A DNA stretch of 64,000 nt from Oopsacas minuta (GCA_024704765.1 JAKMXF010000302.1:310001-374000), one strand, 5' to 3'; shown: positions 10,154-23,285, counted from the stretch's first letter. Translations and numbers: made by a program. The notes: generated by a model from the letters alone, not told the origin.

Positions 10154-12508
10154 TTATAGCAAGAAAAAGTATATGACAGAACTTAAGTAGTTAGTAATCT
10201 GCATGGATGTGCTAACCTCTTCTGGTTGATCATCTGTCTGAATACGTAGTAACTTAACTTTAGAGGTAGTAGCACCTACTTCTTCAATACGACACAAAAG
10301 GTTAACTTTATCCCACTTTTTAAGCTGCAAAAGTTGGCTCTTAAACTTGGTCCCAGCTGATATTCTAGCTGTATTAGAGAACGTTCTAGCCTTACCACCT
10401 AACTCAATGCCATAAGTAAATTCTTCACCTAAACTCATTGCACAATGTCCAACCTGACACAAATTGGGATATTTCTCGTAATCACAACCTTCTGGATAAC
10501 TTTCCTTCTTCCCAAGTAAACAAGTCAATCCTTGAACAAGCGGCGAGAAAGGAATTTTACTGATCACCCGTTCCAAGCTATTATCTCTACTCTCTAGATA
10601 TATGTTATCTATCACCCCTTCTAAACGCACCTTCCTACCTACTAAATGCATACATTTGTGTTGATAAGTTGCAAAGTTTTGATTTCCCCCGTGAGGACTA
10701 CAGAACTCAGAATAATCCTTCCACTTAATCACTGACTTACTATTAAAAGAATATTGTGAATAAGCATAAGATAGGAAACAGACAAACGAAAACATGAAAA
10801 ACACCAACCACATAGCATTCTTGAATGTAAGTTTAACAAAATCCAGTTTAATAAGTCTATCATAAAACCATCCAAACAGCATGACAGCAATCCCAGCAGT
10901 AGCTAGACCAGCCCATACAAACAATGCAGCATTAATATCATAATAATACCAAGTCGCTAATGGTGAAATAGCTAAGAAGACTATAATCAGGACTGTTAAG
11001 AATGGTAGTAAGGTTGTCACCAATATAGTACCTATGATAATATACACTAGTTGTGACATGGCTAAATTCATTACAGACAGTGCAAACATTTTCCACCAAA
11101 CAGCCATGAAGAAATGTGGACAAACTAACAGTGTGAATCCCTTCCATTTATAACAACAGGCCATATATATGAATACAAGTGTGTGAGTTATCTTGGTAAC
11201 AGCTCCTATTGCTAATAATATGGCAGATGGACCGATTAGCATACCAATACTCCAGGTTAAGAATTCAATGAACCAAATTGCGATTGATAAATACACAACT
11301 TTTTGTCTCACTTGGAGGGCAAAGTATGTACTTGCCAGGAAGAAAATAAGAGATAACGGTACGAAGAATGCAGGAACTTGAGTTTTAACTTGGGGAAAGA
11401 CAAATAGAAAAAGAGACCAACAAAAGAAAAACTTGATATAATAGATAATACTTGTCTTCCTTAGATAATCTGAAGCAACCACAAATTTATAAATATTATC
11501 CACGAATCCCAAAGAATCGACAATGGACAGATATTCTGAAAAATCGAGTCTAGCACTAATTATCTGTACCGAGTAGACTAACATTGTCAAGAAGATACAA
11601 ATTGAAATTACGGTAGGTATAATAGTGAATAGAACCTCAGGTAGAAGCAATAGAGAATAGAAATACAAGACAAGTAGGAACTGTAATTCACGATAAGGTA
11701 CCCATCTCCATAGGAATGTTATGCTGTATTTCTGTGTGTTCTTGATAACAGACTCTTTTATCGTGTTAATAGTCATACCAGGATGGTTAAAAACCTACAA
11801 AATACAAATTTAAGTATTTGCATATGGAAAGTAACGACCTGGATATATGTGAAATTACCTTGTTTAGGATAGGGGCCTCATGAAACTTTTTCCATTCTTC
11901 CCGATTGTGTTTTCTAGCGTCAGCATATATAGACTGAGATACATAACCCAGTTCTCCTGTTAACAACTCTTTAATTGAATTAACAAAGAATTCTTGACTC
12001 ATTTCTACGTCCTACAAACACACAGACATTGAATACATATATACAATCATTATTGTAAAATATGAACCTCTTGCTCAGCTTTATATTCAGCAAAAGAATT
12101 AAGAACATTCTCGTTTTGTTTTCCAACAACTTCAGTTTGTGTGTCGTTATTTCCTTCAGCTTTTGTATGAACATTAGCATTCAGTATTTTGTCCTCCTCA
12201 TTCTCAGGGGTAGCACCATCTACTTCATTAGAAGCACCTCCTCTAGGTCTCAGTCTTAACCCATCACCTGGAATCATATCAGAGACATTAATGGTATCTT
12301 CTAGAACATTCTGAGGTGATTGAACTATTTCCTCTCTTTTGTTCTTTCTCTGTCTTACACCTGTATCAGGGCTTTGCGGATTAGAACCTGCATGTGAAGT
12401 AGTCTGTATTGGACTTTGAAAGCGCTTGAAGAGTAAGCGAGCATTTTGATTGATTGACTCTTCAACTAAAGTTGATAAACTCCGTTGTAAATCATTATTT
12501 GTACTCAT
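10154..12508 (-). CDS. WFS1: Wolframin-like ER membrane protein; exons 12508-12068, 12011-11859, 11794-10154 (about 744 aa)
   Basis: Three ORFs joined in frame by two GT-AG introns. Multi-TM core and luminal motif WKDYSEFC..HKCMHLVGRKVRLEG..DNSLERVISKIP..CLLG match the wolframin Cys-rich/OB-fold C-terminus. Confidence 0.85.
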
Positions 12509-12569
12509 AACAAGCTAACAGAAATGAAATAACATTATATACTGTAATTAAATAAGTAAGTAATAATAT

Positions 12570-13370
12570 CTATAGTATCCCAGATGCAGTCCCAATTGGA
12601 AACAGCTTAACTCCCCGATCTTCTAACTTAAAATGCCAATCTTCTCTATAGCAAACTATTACAGGAGAAGGTCTCTTAGATCTGGCAATTAGCTTCCCGT
12701 GAACTTCCTTAGAAAAACCTGATGGCAGTCCTTCAACTGTCAGAATAATGTCACTCTCATTTGACAAGTGATTGACAAGTCTTCCCTCTGTACTTTCAAA
12801 ATCTCCGTTTGATGTAGCTAGCACACATAAACTAGACTCAATAGACAATTTAGCCTGTAGCAAAGCACGAACCGAGAAAATCAAATCTAAAACTTGAATC
12901 TGAGAAATTCCGAGGAGAACAGTACTGGAGAGATCATCAATTAAAATAGTCAGAGGGATATTATGATGACTGTCTTGATGTTTATTGATTAACTTTTGTA
13001 AACAATTTGAAATATTTGAAAGAGAACACTCATTTGCTTCGTTAGTTAGAGGACATACAGTACTATCCTCTTTGTTCTGAGAAATACAGTCTATGAAGGT
13101 TAGATTCCCTTCAATACGAGAGGATGCAAGATTGATGCCTAGCTTCAAGCCTATAGTATTGTAATGCTGAAAACAATTAAGAAACGATACAAGAACAACC
13201 TTATGATTACTCTTCAGATAGAAAGCAGTTAGATGGTGAATCAAAAACCCTGCATCTATAGAGAAGCAATACGGACTTTCTAGAAGGACTAGTTTGTTTG
13301 AAGTAATATATCCTTTATCTTGAAAGAGTAGAGAAGAATACAGTTCTTCTATCGTGCGTGAAATACTCAT
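12570..13370 (-). CDS. ELP6: Elongator complex protein 6, intronless
   Basis: DAGFLIHHLTAFYLKSNHKVVLVSF..FQHYNTIGLKLGINL and VEGLPSGFSKEVHGKL match ELP6. Confidence 0.9.
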   Translation of the reverse strand: MSISRTIEELYSSLLFQDKGYITSNKLVLLESPYCFSIDAGFLIHHLTAFYLKSNHKVVLVSFLNCFQHYNTIGLKLGINLASSRIEGNLTFIDCISQNKEDSTVCPLTNEANECSLSNISNCLQKLINKHQDSHHNIPLTILIDDLSSTVLLGISQIQVLDLIFSVRALLQAKLSIESSLCVLATSNGDFESTEGRLVNHLSNESDIILTVEGLPSGFSKEVHGKLIARSKRPSPVIVCYREDWHFKLEDRGVKLFPIGTASGIL

Positions 13371-13461
13371 AAATCTAACTTTAATATTAAATATTCAAAC
13401 TATGTAGAAGTAATGAAGTAATTAGAAAACTATAATTTTTATTAAACTTTATGTCCACAAA

Positions 13462-15707
13462 TTACAAAGAAGAAAATCCTGGGATAGGCTTTAATCCTAT
13501 AAATTCTTCCTGTTTAGAAGCCATGAACATAGCTTCGTTAGCCTTTAAGTGACCTATGAGACAATTAGCTATTTCATCATCTTTAAACGACCAAAATATC
13601 TCTATTGAGCAAGATGGATTCCGCTTCGCATTCTCTTTCTCATATAAACTGATTGAAATGGTGGAGAAACACACTGATATTGTATTGGCTATTTTCTGTA
13701 CAGGATTGTATTTTGATATTGTTTTACAAACCAAGTTAAAAATAATCTCTGTGCACTGATCTATAGTGAATCCATGTCCCATATCATAAGATATAACATG
13801 ATGAAACTTCATCTCATGATCTAGAATACCAAATTCACTACAAGTCTGATTCTGCTCGAGCAATTGCATACTTCCATTATCTTTACAGACGAGTACGCCC
13901 TGTATAGGAATATCATTCTGCAGACACGGTTTCTTGGATTGAATAGCCATAGCGGATTTCTCTGCTAAGTTCTTGGCCAGTACGTGTAGGCTTAAGTCAA
14001 TTGACATTCTAGGTGGACACGTTATATACTCAGTTTTGCCATTAGGTGGATAGTAACTATCTAGATTATAATGTATCTTTATCTGAGTCTTTAAGAACTC
14101 CATCTTCTTCACTTCTCCATGTACAAGCATTACATTCATTGGTTCTATATACCGTATTAACTGCATTATGCCTTTAGCATCAGCGTGTGCAGAGAATGAA
14201 AGATACTCCACTGCTAACTTCACCTACAAGCAAAATATATACACACATAATCTACGTAAGATACTCGCAAAAATATATCTGCAGTAAATGAATTTGTAAT
14301 ATACCTTTACTACTTTGTGTTCTATATCAACTTCTTTACTACCAGAGAGGATCTTGTTACCTACAGTTCCCTGTACACAATATCCCGGAATAATAACCAT
14401 ATTATTCTCATCTTCTGCCCATCGTTTAAATATCTAATAAAGTAACGAAAATTTAAGTCAAAAACTGTTTCAAAGTGATTGCTGGAAAGTAAATTATTTG
14501 AACAAAAATGGAAATAATTAAAGCCTATAATAAATAAATAATTAGCTAACCTGCAGGGAAGATCCAGCATGTAACATCCCTGGGGTAGCAAATACAACCA
14601 TTGGGCCAGGTTGATCTACATAAGACCAATCAAGAGATTTGATATGCTTAAACTCAAACATATTTCTTCTATCATAAGTCTTCTTTATTTTCTCATTAGT
14701 CCAAGAAATGAAAAGTTTATAGAAGAAGTTCGCTTTTTCAGTCATTCCAGCGGAAAAATAGATTGGAGCCTAGGATTAATAATAAAATAGAGATGATATA
14801 ATTTGATATATACACACATACCTGAAGGTTCATTCGTTCCCAGAAAGTTTCCAATAGAATGCACAGCTCCTGAGCTCTACCCAGTGCGAACACAGGTATT
14901 AGTACCTTCCCTCCTTTCTCTACTGTGTCGTGTATCTTCTTCAAGAATTCACGTTCTCTACATCGCTTACTATCTCTAATTGTACTAGCATATGTAGACT
15001 CTGTTATAAGCAGATCTGGTTGGCACTTGTCTATCCAGGCCGCTCCTATTTAGAAACATGAAAATAAACGCGAAATGTAAATTTTATTCAATTTGTACCT
15101 AAATGTCTATCAGGAGTCATATTATAATCTCCGGTGTATACGATTGACTGAGATCCTACACGAATAAGAAACATCGCGGCCCCTAGTACATGACCAGCGT
15201 AGTAAGCCTTAATCTCTATATCTGCGTCTACACGGACTGTTTGATGAAGTCCAATAGTTATCACCTAATAGCATTGTATTGAAATTGCATATTAATTATA
15301 ATATCTACCATTACCTTTTCCATGCACTTTTTAATACTTTCAGAATCAAATAGCGATTTGTTATACCTCTTCTCAGCTATTTTAGCATAATCCTCCAGGA
15401 GGATGGGACATATAGCTTTGGTTGGATGTGTCATATAAATAGGACCATCGTAGCCTTTAACCTCAGTGAAATATGGGAGAGCTCCACAGTGGTCAAGGTG
15501 GAAATGACTGATGATAAGACAGTCAATATGCTCAGTATAGGGCCCCTTAGGTGCTATGTAACTAAAGTCTGGGAATTTACGCTCGTCATTATATCCCATA
15601 TGAATCCCACAGTCCAACATAAGATTCTTCCCTTGTATTGTAACTAAGATACAACTCCTTCCCACGTCTTGTCCTGCACCCAAAGGGACAACTTTGATAT
15701 CTGACAT
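13462..15707 (-). CDS. INTS11: Integrator complex subunit 11 (CPSF3L) metallo-beta-lactamase endonuclease, multi-exon
   Basis: [58 protein letters not shown] and [11 protein letters not shown]. Introns traced with GT-AG ends. Confidence 0.97.
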
Positions 15708-16292
15708 ATTTCTTGTATAAAATCAGCTAATCATAATTAGTAAAATATTAGATAACCTCTAATAATGCAATCAGAAAGTCATTTGACAGGGTTTTAAGTA
15801 TTCAATTATACTATTAATGATCTTAACACATTTGTAAGTTAATAATTATATTAATGTGATGGTATATTACTCAGTTTTATTACAACAAAATAATTGCCAT
15901 TGAAAGTGAATAAAACTTCATGCAAACTTGTAGTATTTATCACCAGTAAAACTGATATGTAGTACAATTAAATTTAATAGTTAGAGAGAGTAATTTGCTA
16001 AAATTATTGCAAAAAAAGTATTACTTTGAATATTTGAAATTACAGATAATATTTCAAGTTTGTATTGTGAAGTTAAACAGTGTCATTTTTGCAGAAATAA
16101 GCTAGAATTTCCCTAGTTAGTATTAGAACAATAGTGAATTATTCTGAATCGAAAGTCTTTTCATATGACCTTACAAACCATTCAAGTAACTATTTTACTG
16201 TTTTCAGCTATTGACTTAGTATGGCTATCCATTCTCTACAATATAAATACTCGTAAGATATAGTCTAATATATTCAATATTCTATAATAGAG

Positions 16293-16802
16293 ATGACAGA
16301 ACCACTGGCAAAATTAGATCAGAAAATGGAGAAACGAATGAATACTATTGATTACAGTAATGAAAATGCTGAGATTGATGAACAGCAAATTGGAACAATA
16401 ATCTACAAGTTAAACATGGAAACAGAAATACAAACTGAATCAAAATCACTGACAAGAAGGGAATTCAACTGGGACTCAGGGCAAGTAGACGGAAGGAAAA
16501 GGGACTTCAGACCATTATATTCAGGTAAGAAATATCAAAGTTCATCCAGTAAAGTGCTCAGTACAGCCAAATCAATCGGGCAAGCAGTCTATACACCCTT
16601 TAACTTATATTCAAAACTACTATTCTTCTGGGTTAAAACACTGACTGGAGGAATAAGTAAACAAGATTTGAGAATGAAAAACAGCAGAACTGTCTTTGGA
16701 TTAATTACATCTATCTATATGGCATCTATGTGGTATGGGATCTCACATACAGTTACAGTTCTATCTATCTCTATCACATATTCGAGTTTATTGGTAGAAT
16801 AG
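16293..16802 (+). CDS. Uncharacterised 169-aa ORF with hydrophobic C-terminus, possibly a truncated or pseudogenised membrane protein
   Basis: ATG-initiated ORF with protein-like composition, preceded by TAG|AG-ATG. It ends inside a hydrophobic stretch and no family is recognised. Confidence 0.4.
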   Translation: MTEPLAKLDQKMEKRMNTIDYSNENAEIDEQQIGTIIYKLNMETEIQTESKSLTRREFNWDSGQVDGRKRDFRPLYSGKKYQSSSSKVLSTAKSIGQAVYTPFNLYSKLLFFWVKTLTGGISKQDLRMKNSRTVFGLITSIYMASMWYGISHTVTVLSISITYSSLLVE

Positions 16803-17780
16803 TATATTGTTAAATTTTAATGAATTGGAATAACTTGGATCTCACAAATTTTATCAATAAAGATTAAACTCAAATATCTTGAGAATTTAGAATAACTACA
16901 TAACATGCTGTGTAACATATTGATACGATTTCGAACAAAGCGAAGGTCGAAAGTTTGTGGATAGTTCTGCTTCTCTAAGCATGTCTATTCCTATATTCTA
17001 GAGCTAGCATTTATTGACTTCAACATGTCTTCAAGCCATCTTAAGGAAGCTGGCAAGAGCATAGGTTAATAGTTGTTGACTCAGGTCATTCTCTGGATTA
17101 GGTAAATAATTCCACAATTTATTCACGTAATAATAATCAGAATAATTATTATCCCAAACTGGTATTCACAGCTGAACCCATATCACAAAAGATAGATTAA
17201 AAGGAAAATAGATACCAATAAAAATAAATGTGATAATTAATACAATAAATTGCCTAATAATACCAGCTGATACCATCAGCAAATAGTATTCGTTATGGCT
17301 ATAAATTCATGAATAATTGTCTGTCTAGTAGGTGTTTTGTAGTTCTGTTTTTATCCAGGTTATTATCATATGAGTCTAAGCCAGTATTCATTCATTTGAA
17401 CTAACATTAATTATAAGATAATGTAACAAACTGCATGCAGGTCAAAACGACACCAAACCATAACAGATTCCTGCATTTAATATTGAACTGAAAGAATTTT
17501 CAGTTAAATATTAAAATACAGGAATCTGAGCTGATAAAGTATACAATTCTTAGGCTAGTTTAAAACGTAAAATTATGAAAGACCCACAAGAAATGTTACA
17601 TCATATAAATGTAAATAATCAAAATATTAACCACCTCGGCCCTTAACAATATGAAAAGTGAATTAGACTAAATTAATTAAATAATATAGCAGTAACGTAT
17701 AAATAATTGAGAATCAAGAACAACAACAGGGAAAGAGGACAACACTAAGGGTAAAATAGAATGAATCTGATACAAAACTA

Positions 17781-19226
17781 TTAAACATTAGCGGCTTTCT
17801 CAAATAATTCTGGTGTTCCATTAATTTGATTCACAGCATAAGGAACACCTTTCGTTTCCTTCAACTGAATGTTGAAGCCACCTTTGAATTTTGAACTGTC
17901 AATTGAAGAAGGGTCATACTGACTGTAATGTTGTTGGAAGAATACGCCACCACGGGACTTGCCACAAGGATCACGAATACACAGTATCCAATGGATAAGG
18001 AACTCCCATCTCCAAATCCAACAAGTCAATAGGAAATGCTGTAAGAATAGAGATATGATGAAAATATACGATACGGCTAATTGGGCATCAGGATTCCCGA
18101 AAAGTTCATGAACGGTAACTTCACAAACTTGGTGACCTGATATTTCATTCTGTAGCTCACAGCAGGTATGCTTAGCGAGACGAGATAGGAAATTATCTGT
18201 AGAATCATAGTCGTTAATTCCATACATGGATATGATAGTTAAATGAGCAAGGGATATGACTATGAAGATGGATATCTTGATGAGGAAATTTCGCAATTCT
18301 CGACAATTTTTCGCGCTCTGCGCGGCTTTCATCATAGCTCTCAGATACATTTGTATTGAGTACAGCCTGATAACAGTGAACACAAGAAGTGGAAGAGATA
18401 GAGAAACAAGAATAAGAGTTGGTAGACGGAAATAATACAAACTATCCTCAGAGCTTTGAAGATAACAAAATCCAATAATATTCTGACCAGCTACAGCCCT
18501 CTGAACAAGCACAATAATAAGAAGAATCATGGGAATACTCCAACTCAAAACATGATAGATTATCTCATAAACTATTTCCCATTTGTGCATACTTTTCGAA
18601 TAAGTTTTCTTAATATTCTTGGCTTTAATGAAACAAGCATGACATAGACAAGGGATCCAACAAATCGAGGCCATGTTGAAATAGTAAATTATACAAAAAC
18701 CAATACTACAGCCAATATGGTTACTTGGCTGGTTTAAAGCTAAAGAGCCATCTGGATTGCAGGTCACATAATCACTCAGTCCGAAAAGCTGAACGATGAA
18801 TGTACTGAAAACTGCGAAATTACACAGGACTAAGAAGATTACGGGGCGTGCGATAAACCGATTCAGCAATGGAAAGTTTATTACGATAGTCAGCAGGGTA
18901 ATGAAGGAGAATATCCAAATAATAAGGCCAAGGATACCTGAAAATATTTTGAAAATGATGTAATTCTGTTCAGAAATGACTGGAGGCTTGCATTCGTATC
19001 CACAAGGCAGACCTGAATAAACTTCATTCAAATCTACATCCGTATCGACCATTGGGTAAGGACATGTACCATTCGCTTGATCGTAAAGTTTACGTAACTC
19101 ATTGATTATTGTAGCAGATATTCTTTGATTGGCATAATCACAGACTGAACTATTTGTACTATTTTCATCTGCGAATGTAATCGCGATTAATAACAAAATT
19201 GAAATTGATAAAATCCAGTAATTCAT
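17781..19226 (-). CDS. Class F (Smoothened/Frizzled-like) 7TM receptor lacking the extracellular CRD, intronless
   Basis: Signal peptide from M at 19226; linker CPYP..CGYECKPP; ECL1 CNPDGSLALNQP..GC (Smo: CRADGTMRLGEP..SC); TM3 YYFNMASICW; YHVLSWSIP; GFCY; terminal WIWRWEFLIHW. Confidence 0.85.
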   Translation of the reverse strand: MNYWILSISILLLIAITFADENSTNSSVCDYANQRISATIINELRKLYDQANGTCPYPMVDTDVDLNEVYSGLPCGYECKPPVISEQNYIIFKIFSGILGLIIWIFSFITLLTIVINFPLLNRFIARPVIFLVLCNFAVFSTFIVQLFGLSDYVTCNPDGSLALNQPSNHIGCSIGFCIIYYFNMASICWIPCLCHACFIKAKNIKKTYSKSMHKWEIVYEIIYHVLSWSIPMILLIIVLVQRAVAGQNIIGFCYLQSSEDSLYYFRLPTLILVSLSLPLLVFTVIRLYSIQMYLRAMMKAAQSAKNCRELRNFLIKISIFIVISLAHLTIISMYGINDYDSTDNFLSRLAKHTCCELQNEISGHQVCEVTVHELFGNPDAQLAVSYIFIISLFLQHFLLTCWIWRWEFLIHWILCIRDPCGKSRGGVFFQQHYSQYDPSSIDSSKFKGGFNIQLKETKGVPYAVNQINGTPELFEKAANV

Positions 19227-22067
19227 TTCGATGCCTATAAGAAGTGGGTTAATCAAATTGTTATAAGAGAACAAATCTTATTATAAATACATTTAAAAGA
19301 TTGTAGATAACAATTTTCACATATTTAACAAACAACCTATAACATTCCTTTATGACAGAGAACAAAGAATAGACAGATAAAGCCATACCAGCAGGTGGAA
19401 CTAACAATGCAAAATCGTGCTATCTAACATGCACATGTCCGAAAGAAATGATAAGGACAAATAAGGACAGATGCCCTGAAATAAATCTATAGAGTTCAAT
19501 TTGAAATGACTTAGTATGCGATTCGATACACATATCTTAGGAAATATAGTTCTGTAAATGTAGGAAGTTATATTTGATCAGATAGGGATGATGAAAACGG
19601 CAATATTGGCATTTTAATTAATGATAGAATGACCAAATTATTCCGGAATTATTGTATAAATGGTATATGATTCCGATTATGTAACAATCAAACTAATACT
19701 GTTTCTTAGAAAGCTGGCTAAAAGCATTTACAGGGAATCTTCTATACTCGGTAAACGATGAAAACAAATGAAGTGTAACAAAATACTACACAGTGTTTGT
19801 GATATACACAATTAAGACTTCAGTTCGTTTATTATCAGTACGTACCAATTAAAAATGTGGAATTCAGTGAGTCTAGACAGATGCTTGATTAACAAGATGT
19901 AGACACCAAGGGTCAAATGGTCCAATGATAAACTGGGTTATTCAATCTTAATGATACGACAGAAATATGGCAGGCGTAATCAATGATCGAATATATCTAC
20001 ATTAATTAACTCAAATACATCATGGAAAGTAAAGCAAGGGCCAATAAGCAACAAGTGCTGTCCTAATTACATAAATTACTCTATTACATACGTGTAGTAC
20101 TGTTATGCCCTTAATTAAAGGAAGTGTAATCAGTACATATACATTCCGATATCCTCAGCTAATTTATAGAATTATTTATTCCATCCTTATACATTCTTGC
20201 TGTAGAAAGTAAAGTAATGACGATCGCAAGTCAGGACTATATAGGAGGGATTACCAATTTCCAATTTGATCCAATTAATTAGAGCAAGTACACATTGGAA
20301 TACCAATGCGATATCAGTGTTAAGTAATATTGTAGGAATAGAATTAGAATTAGAATTAATTAAAAAGAAACTAATCATCACTAATATTGTGAAACAATTA
20401 GGATATAATTGTAATAATGTAATGATGTCAATCTGTAGTAGGATGAATAGTACACTCGATATCTCTATCACGGGGAGGGGCTTATGTCTTACATAATACA
20501 CATAAAGAGAATACGCTTTCAGTGCAAGATTATATGAAATCAGTGGATTAACTGCTTACGTGTTTCATGATATAGAATTAAGAGGCTATGCTTGTATAGA
20601 CAATACGTCGATACGTTTCAATTAATGAAAGTAATAATTCCTTTAATATTAAATCACATACCTAAAGGTCAGATTGTCCACGAACAGTACAATTTCAAGA
20701 GAGAGAAAGGAAGGGAGAATATCAATTGACTCCTGAATTATTAAACTAGTTATTGAATAGAACAAACGGTTGTAATATATTTATAGTGACTTGCTAGTTG
20801 AAACCAGGACAATGCGATAATGGAGAGAGATATGGTGATGCTGCCGGGTAGCAATGTTTGAAGCCATCAATGCTCACAATCACAATAGTACATGATGTTA
20901 GGTCAAACAGTACATACGAATAAGGCCAATCAAGTCAACTTACATTAATACTTTACTAATAACTAAAATTTATGAGTGAGATTGATTTTACTCACATATT
21001 ATGTCAAATAATGGAATATCTATTAGAGACTAGTTGGAATATTTGGCAGTTAATGAACTATTACAAGTTCAACTGTCAATTATTGGCTTAATGGATTATC
21101 ACACATTAATTGGCCTGGGGATAGAATCTAAGTTCTTGATTATTAAAGCATAATTTATAGGAATCTGATAAAAATAGTATGAATCAGTATTAGATACTGA
21201 TGATGAAATAACAAAATAATATCTCAAGTTTGAACCTTAATAATTGGTGGCAGTGGAAGAGAATTAATAGCAAAATATCATCCAAAGTCAATTAATTGTT
21301 ATCAATTTTAATGACAAATTACAAAAAATGCTGCAATGTTTGTTAAGTAAATCACATAATTGATGTGTCATAGCTCATAGCTGAAATATTCGCTATGAAT
21401 AGTAAGAAGACTCAAATAAAGTAATTGAACGATAAATAAACTGATTAAAATTGAATGGAAGATAACTATCACACGATATATAAAATGTTTTAAAGACCTC
21501 ATTAACCAATGCTATGCTCATGAAAACCTGTGTAATAATTTGGCAGCCTTGGATATTGCATTATCATTACTGTTGCAAGGTATTGAGAACACAGAATTAT
21601 TACAAGAAAAAACTATATAAAAATTGCGGAATAACTCACCTCAATGTATGTAGGTTGTCTTCAGAATTTTCGCGTTAAGCTGAATGTAGATATTTCTGCT
21701 TTATAGTTCTGACAGAATTGTAAAATGATTGCTCAATATTAAGAATAAATAATCTCTCTTTTGAATTGTATATATTCTGGTAAGATGTAGTATAAGACGG
21801 TATTAAATATAATTATCCTTTCAATACACTGGGACTATACATTCGTATTACATCATTAATGGTGGTGAGTTAGTGTAGCAGTCCTTTCTCGAGTTGCAGA
21901 GAAGCTGATTATTAAGTTAATCCCGCAGGTTGCGTGGGAGAATACAATAGAGAAAATATTGAGAGTTGTTACCTTTGAAATTCAAATTTAATAGCATACG
22001 AGATTGGTGTCAGCACGTCTATGATTGAGAATAATCATAAATTAATTGCTAAAATAATGTCATAATT

Positions 22068-23285
22068 CTAGTATTGAGGAATTGATGGGTCAACTAATTG
22101 AGACCATAGATGGATCCCTCCAATAACATCTTTAATAACACGATATGGTTTGTAGTCTTTCAGCAAAAATATGTTATCATTAACCAATTTAACTGCTTTC
22201 TGTGAATCGTTTCCATGATGGCATAAGAAGAAAATATTCTTGTTTAAATCAGTTACAATATTATCCAATAGTATGACAGGTTCCTTAGCATTTGACAGCT
22301 CTTCAAGTGGGATATTAATCGAGTTTGACAAGTGACATATATCATATTCTACCTTCTTTCTACAGTCAACTATAAGAAAACTATCTTTGTCAATTCTTTG
22401 CAATAATTCTACTGTAATCCTATCTTCCTCATTTAAAATAGACAAATTCAAACATTTGTCGTTTGGCTTCGAACCACAGAATTTAACATAATCAACGAGA
22501 CCAGTAATCTCAGGATTATTACCACAAACTTTACAGTTAATAGTTCTGCTTCTAAGCTTAACTGTTGTAAAACTACCTCTCAAACCGTCATACAAAAGTA
22601 GCCGACCACTATATGACACTTCCAATCCTGTTAGTATCTTGATGGTCTCAAGAGCTTGTAGGCTACCTATAACACCCGGAACAACCCCGAGTACACCTCC
22701 ATCTGAGCAGTTTGTAACCGTCTCTGGGGGAGGAGGGGCTGGGAAGAGACATCTGTAACAGGGTCCCCCTTGGTAATGATACACAGTAAGTTGGCCCTCG
22801 AATCTCAATGCACTACCAGACACCAGAGGTCTATCTAATAACACACTTAAGTCATTTAGAAGATAGCGAGTAGCTACATTATCAGTAGCATCTAAGATGA
22901 CGTCATAATCTCTGGCTATATCTATTGCATTATCACTTGTAAGTATCGTTTGGTAGCAATTTACGGTTACATTAGAGTTTAGCCGAGTCATAGCTTCTTT
23001 CGCGGAAGCAACTTTAGATTGTCCTACTCCATTTTCTGAGTATAAAACCTGTCTATGGAGATTAGCTATATCAACTCTATCATAATCAACTAGACCTAGG
23101 GTCCCTATACCAGCTGCAGCAAGATACGTAGCAGCTGGACAACCTAGACCCCCCACACCTACAATAAGACAAGACCCATGTTTGAGTTTAGATTGAGAGG
23201 AAGGACCAAACTCATCCAATATAAGTTGTCTACTGTATCTGGTGATATCACTGTTGGTAAGATCGTGTGAAGAACTTGAAGCCAT
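22068..23285 (-). CDS. MOCS3: Adenylyltransferase/sulfurtransferase MOCS3 (Uba4), intronless
   Basis: RYSRQL, GVGGLG, DATDN and PCYRCLFP..CSDGGVLG in the E1-like domain, plus a rhodanese domain with CHHGNDSQ. Confidence 0.96.
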   Translation of the reverse strand: MASSSSHDLTNSDITRYSRQLILDEFGPSSQSKLKHGSCLIVGVGGLGCPAATYLAAAGIGTLGLVDYDRVDIANLHRQVLYSENGVGQSKVASAKEAMTRLNSNVTVNCYQTILTSDNAIDIARDYDVILDATDNVATRYLLNDLSVLLDRPLVSGSALRFEGQLTVYHYQGGPCYRCLFPAPPPPETVTNCSDGGVLGVVPGVIGSLQALETIKILTGLEVSYSGRLLLYDGLRGSFTTVKLRSRTINCKVCGNNPEITGLVDYVKFCGSKPNDKCLNLSILNEEDRITVELLQRIDKDSFLIVDCRKKVEYDICHLSNSINIPLEELSNAKEPVILLDNIVTDLNKNIFFLCHHGNDSQKAVKLVNDNIFLLKDYKPYRVIKDVIGGIHLWSQLVDPSIPQY

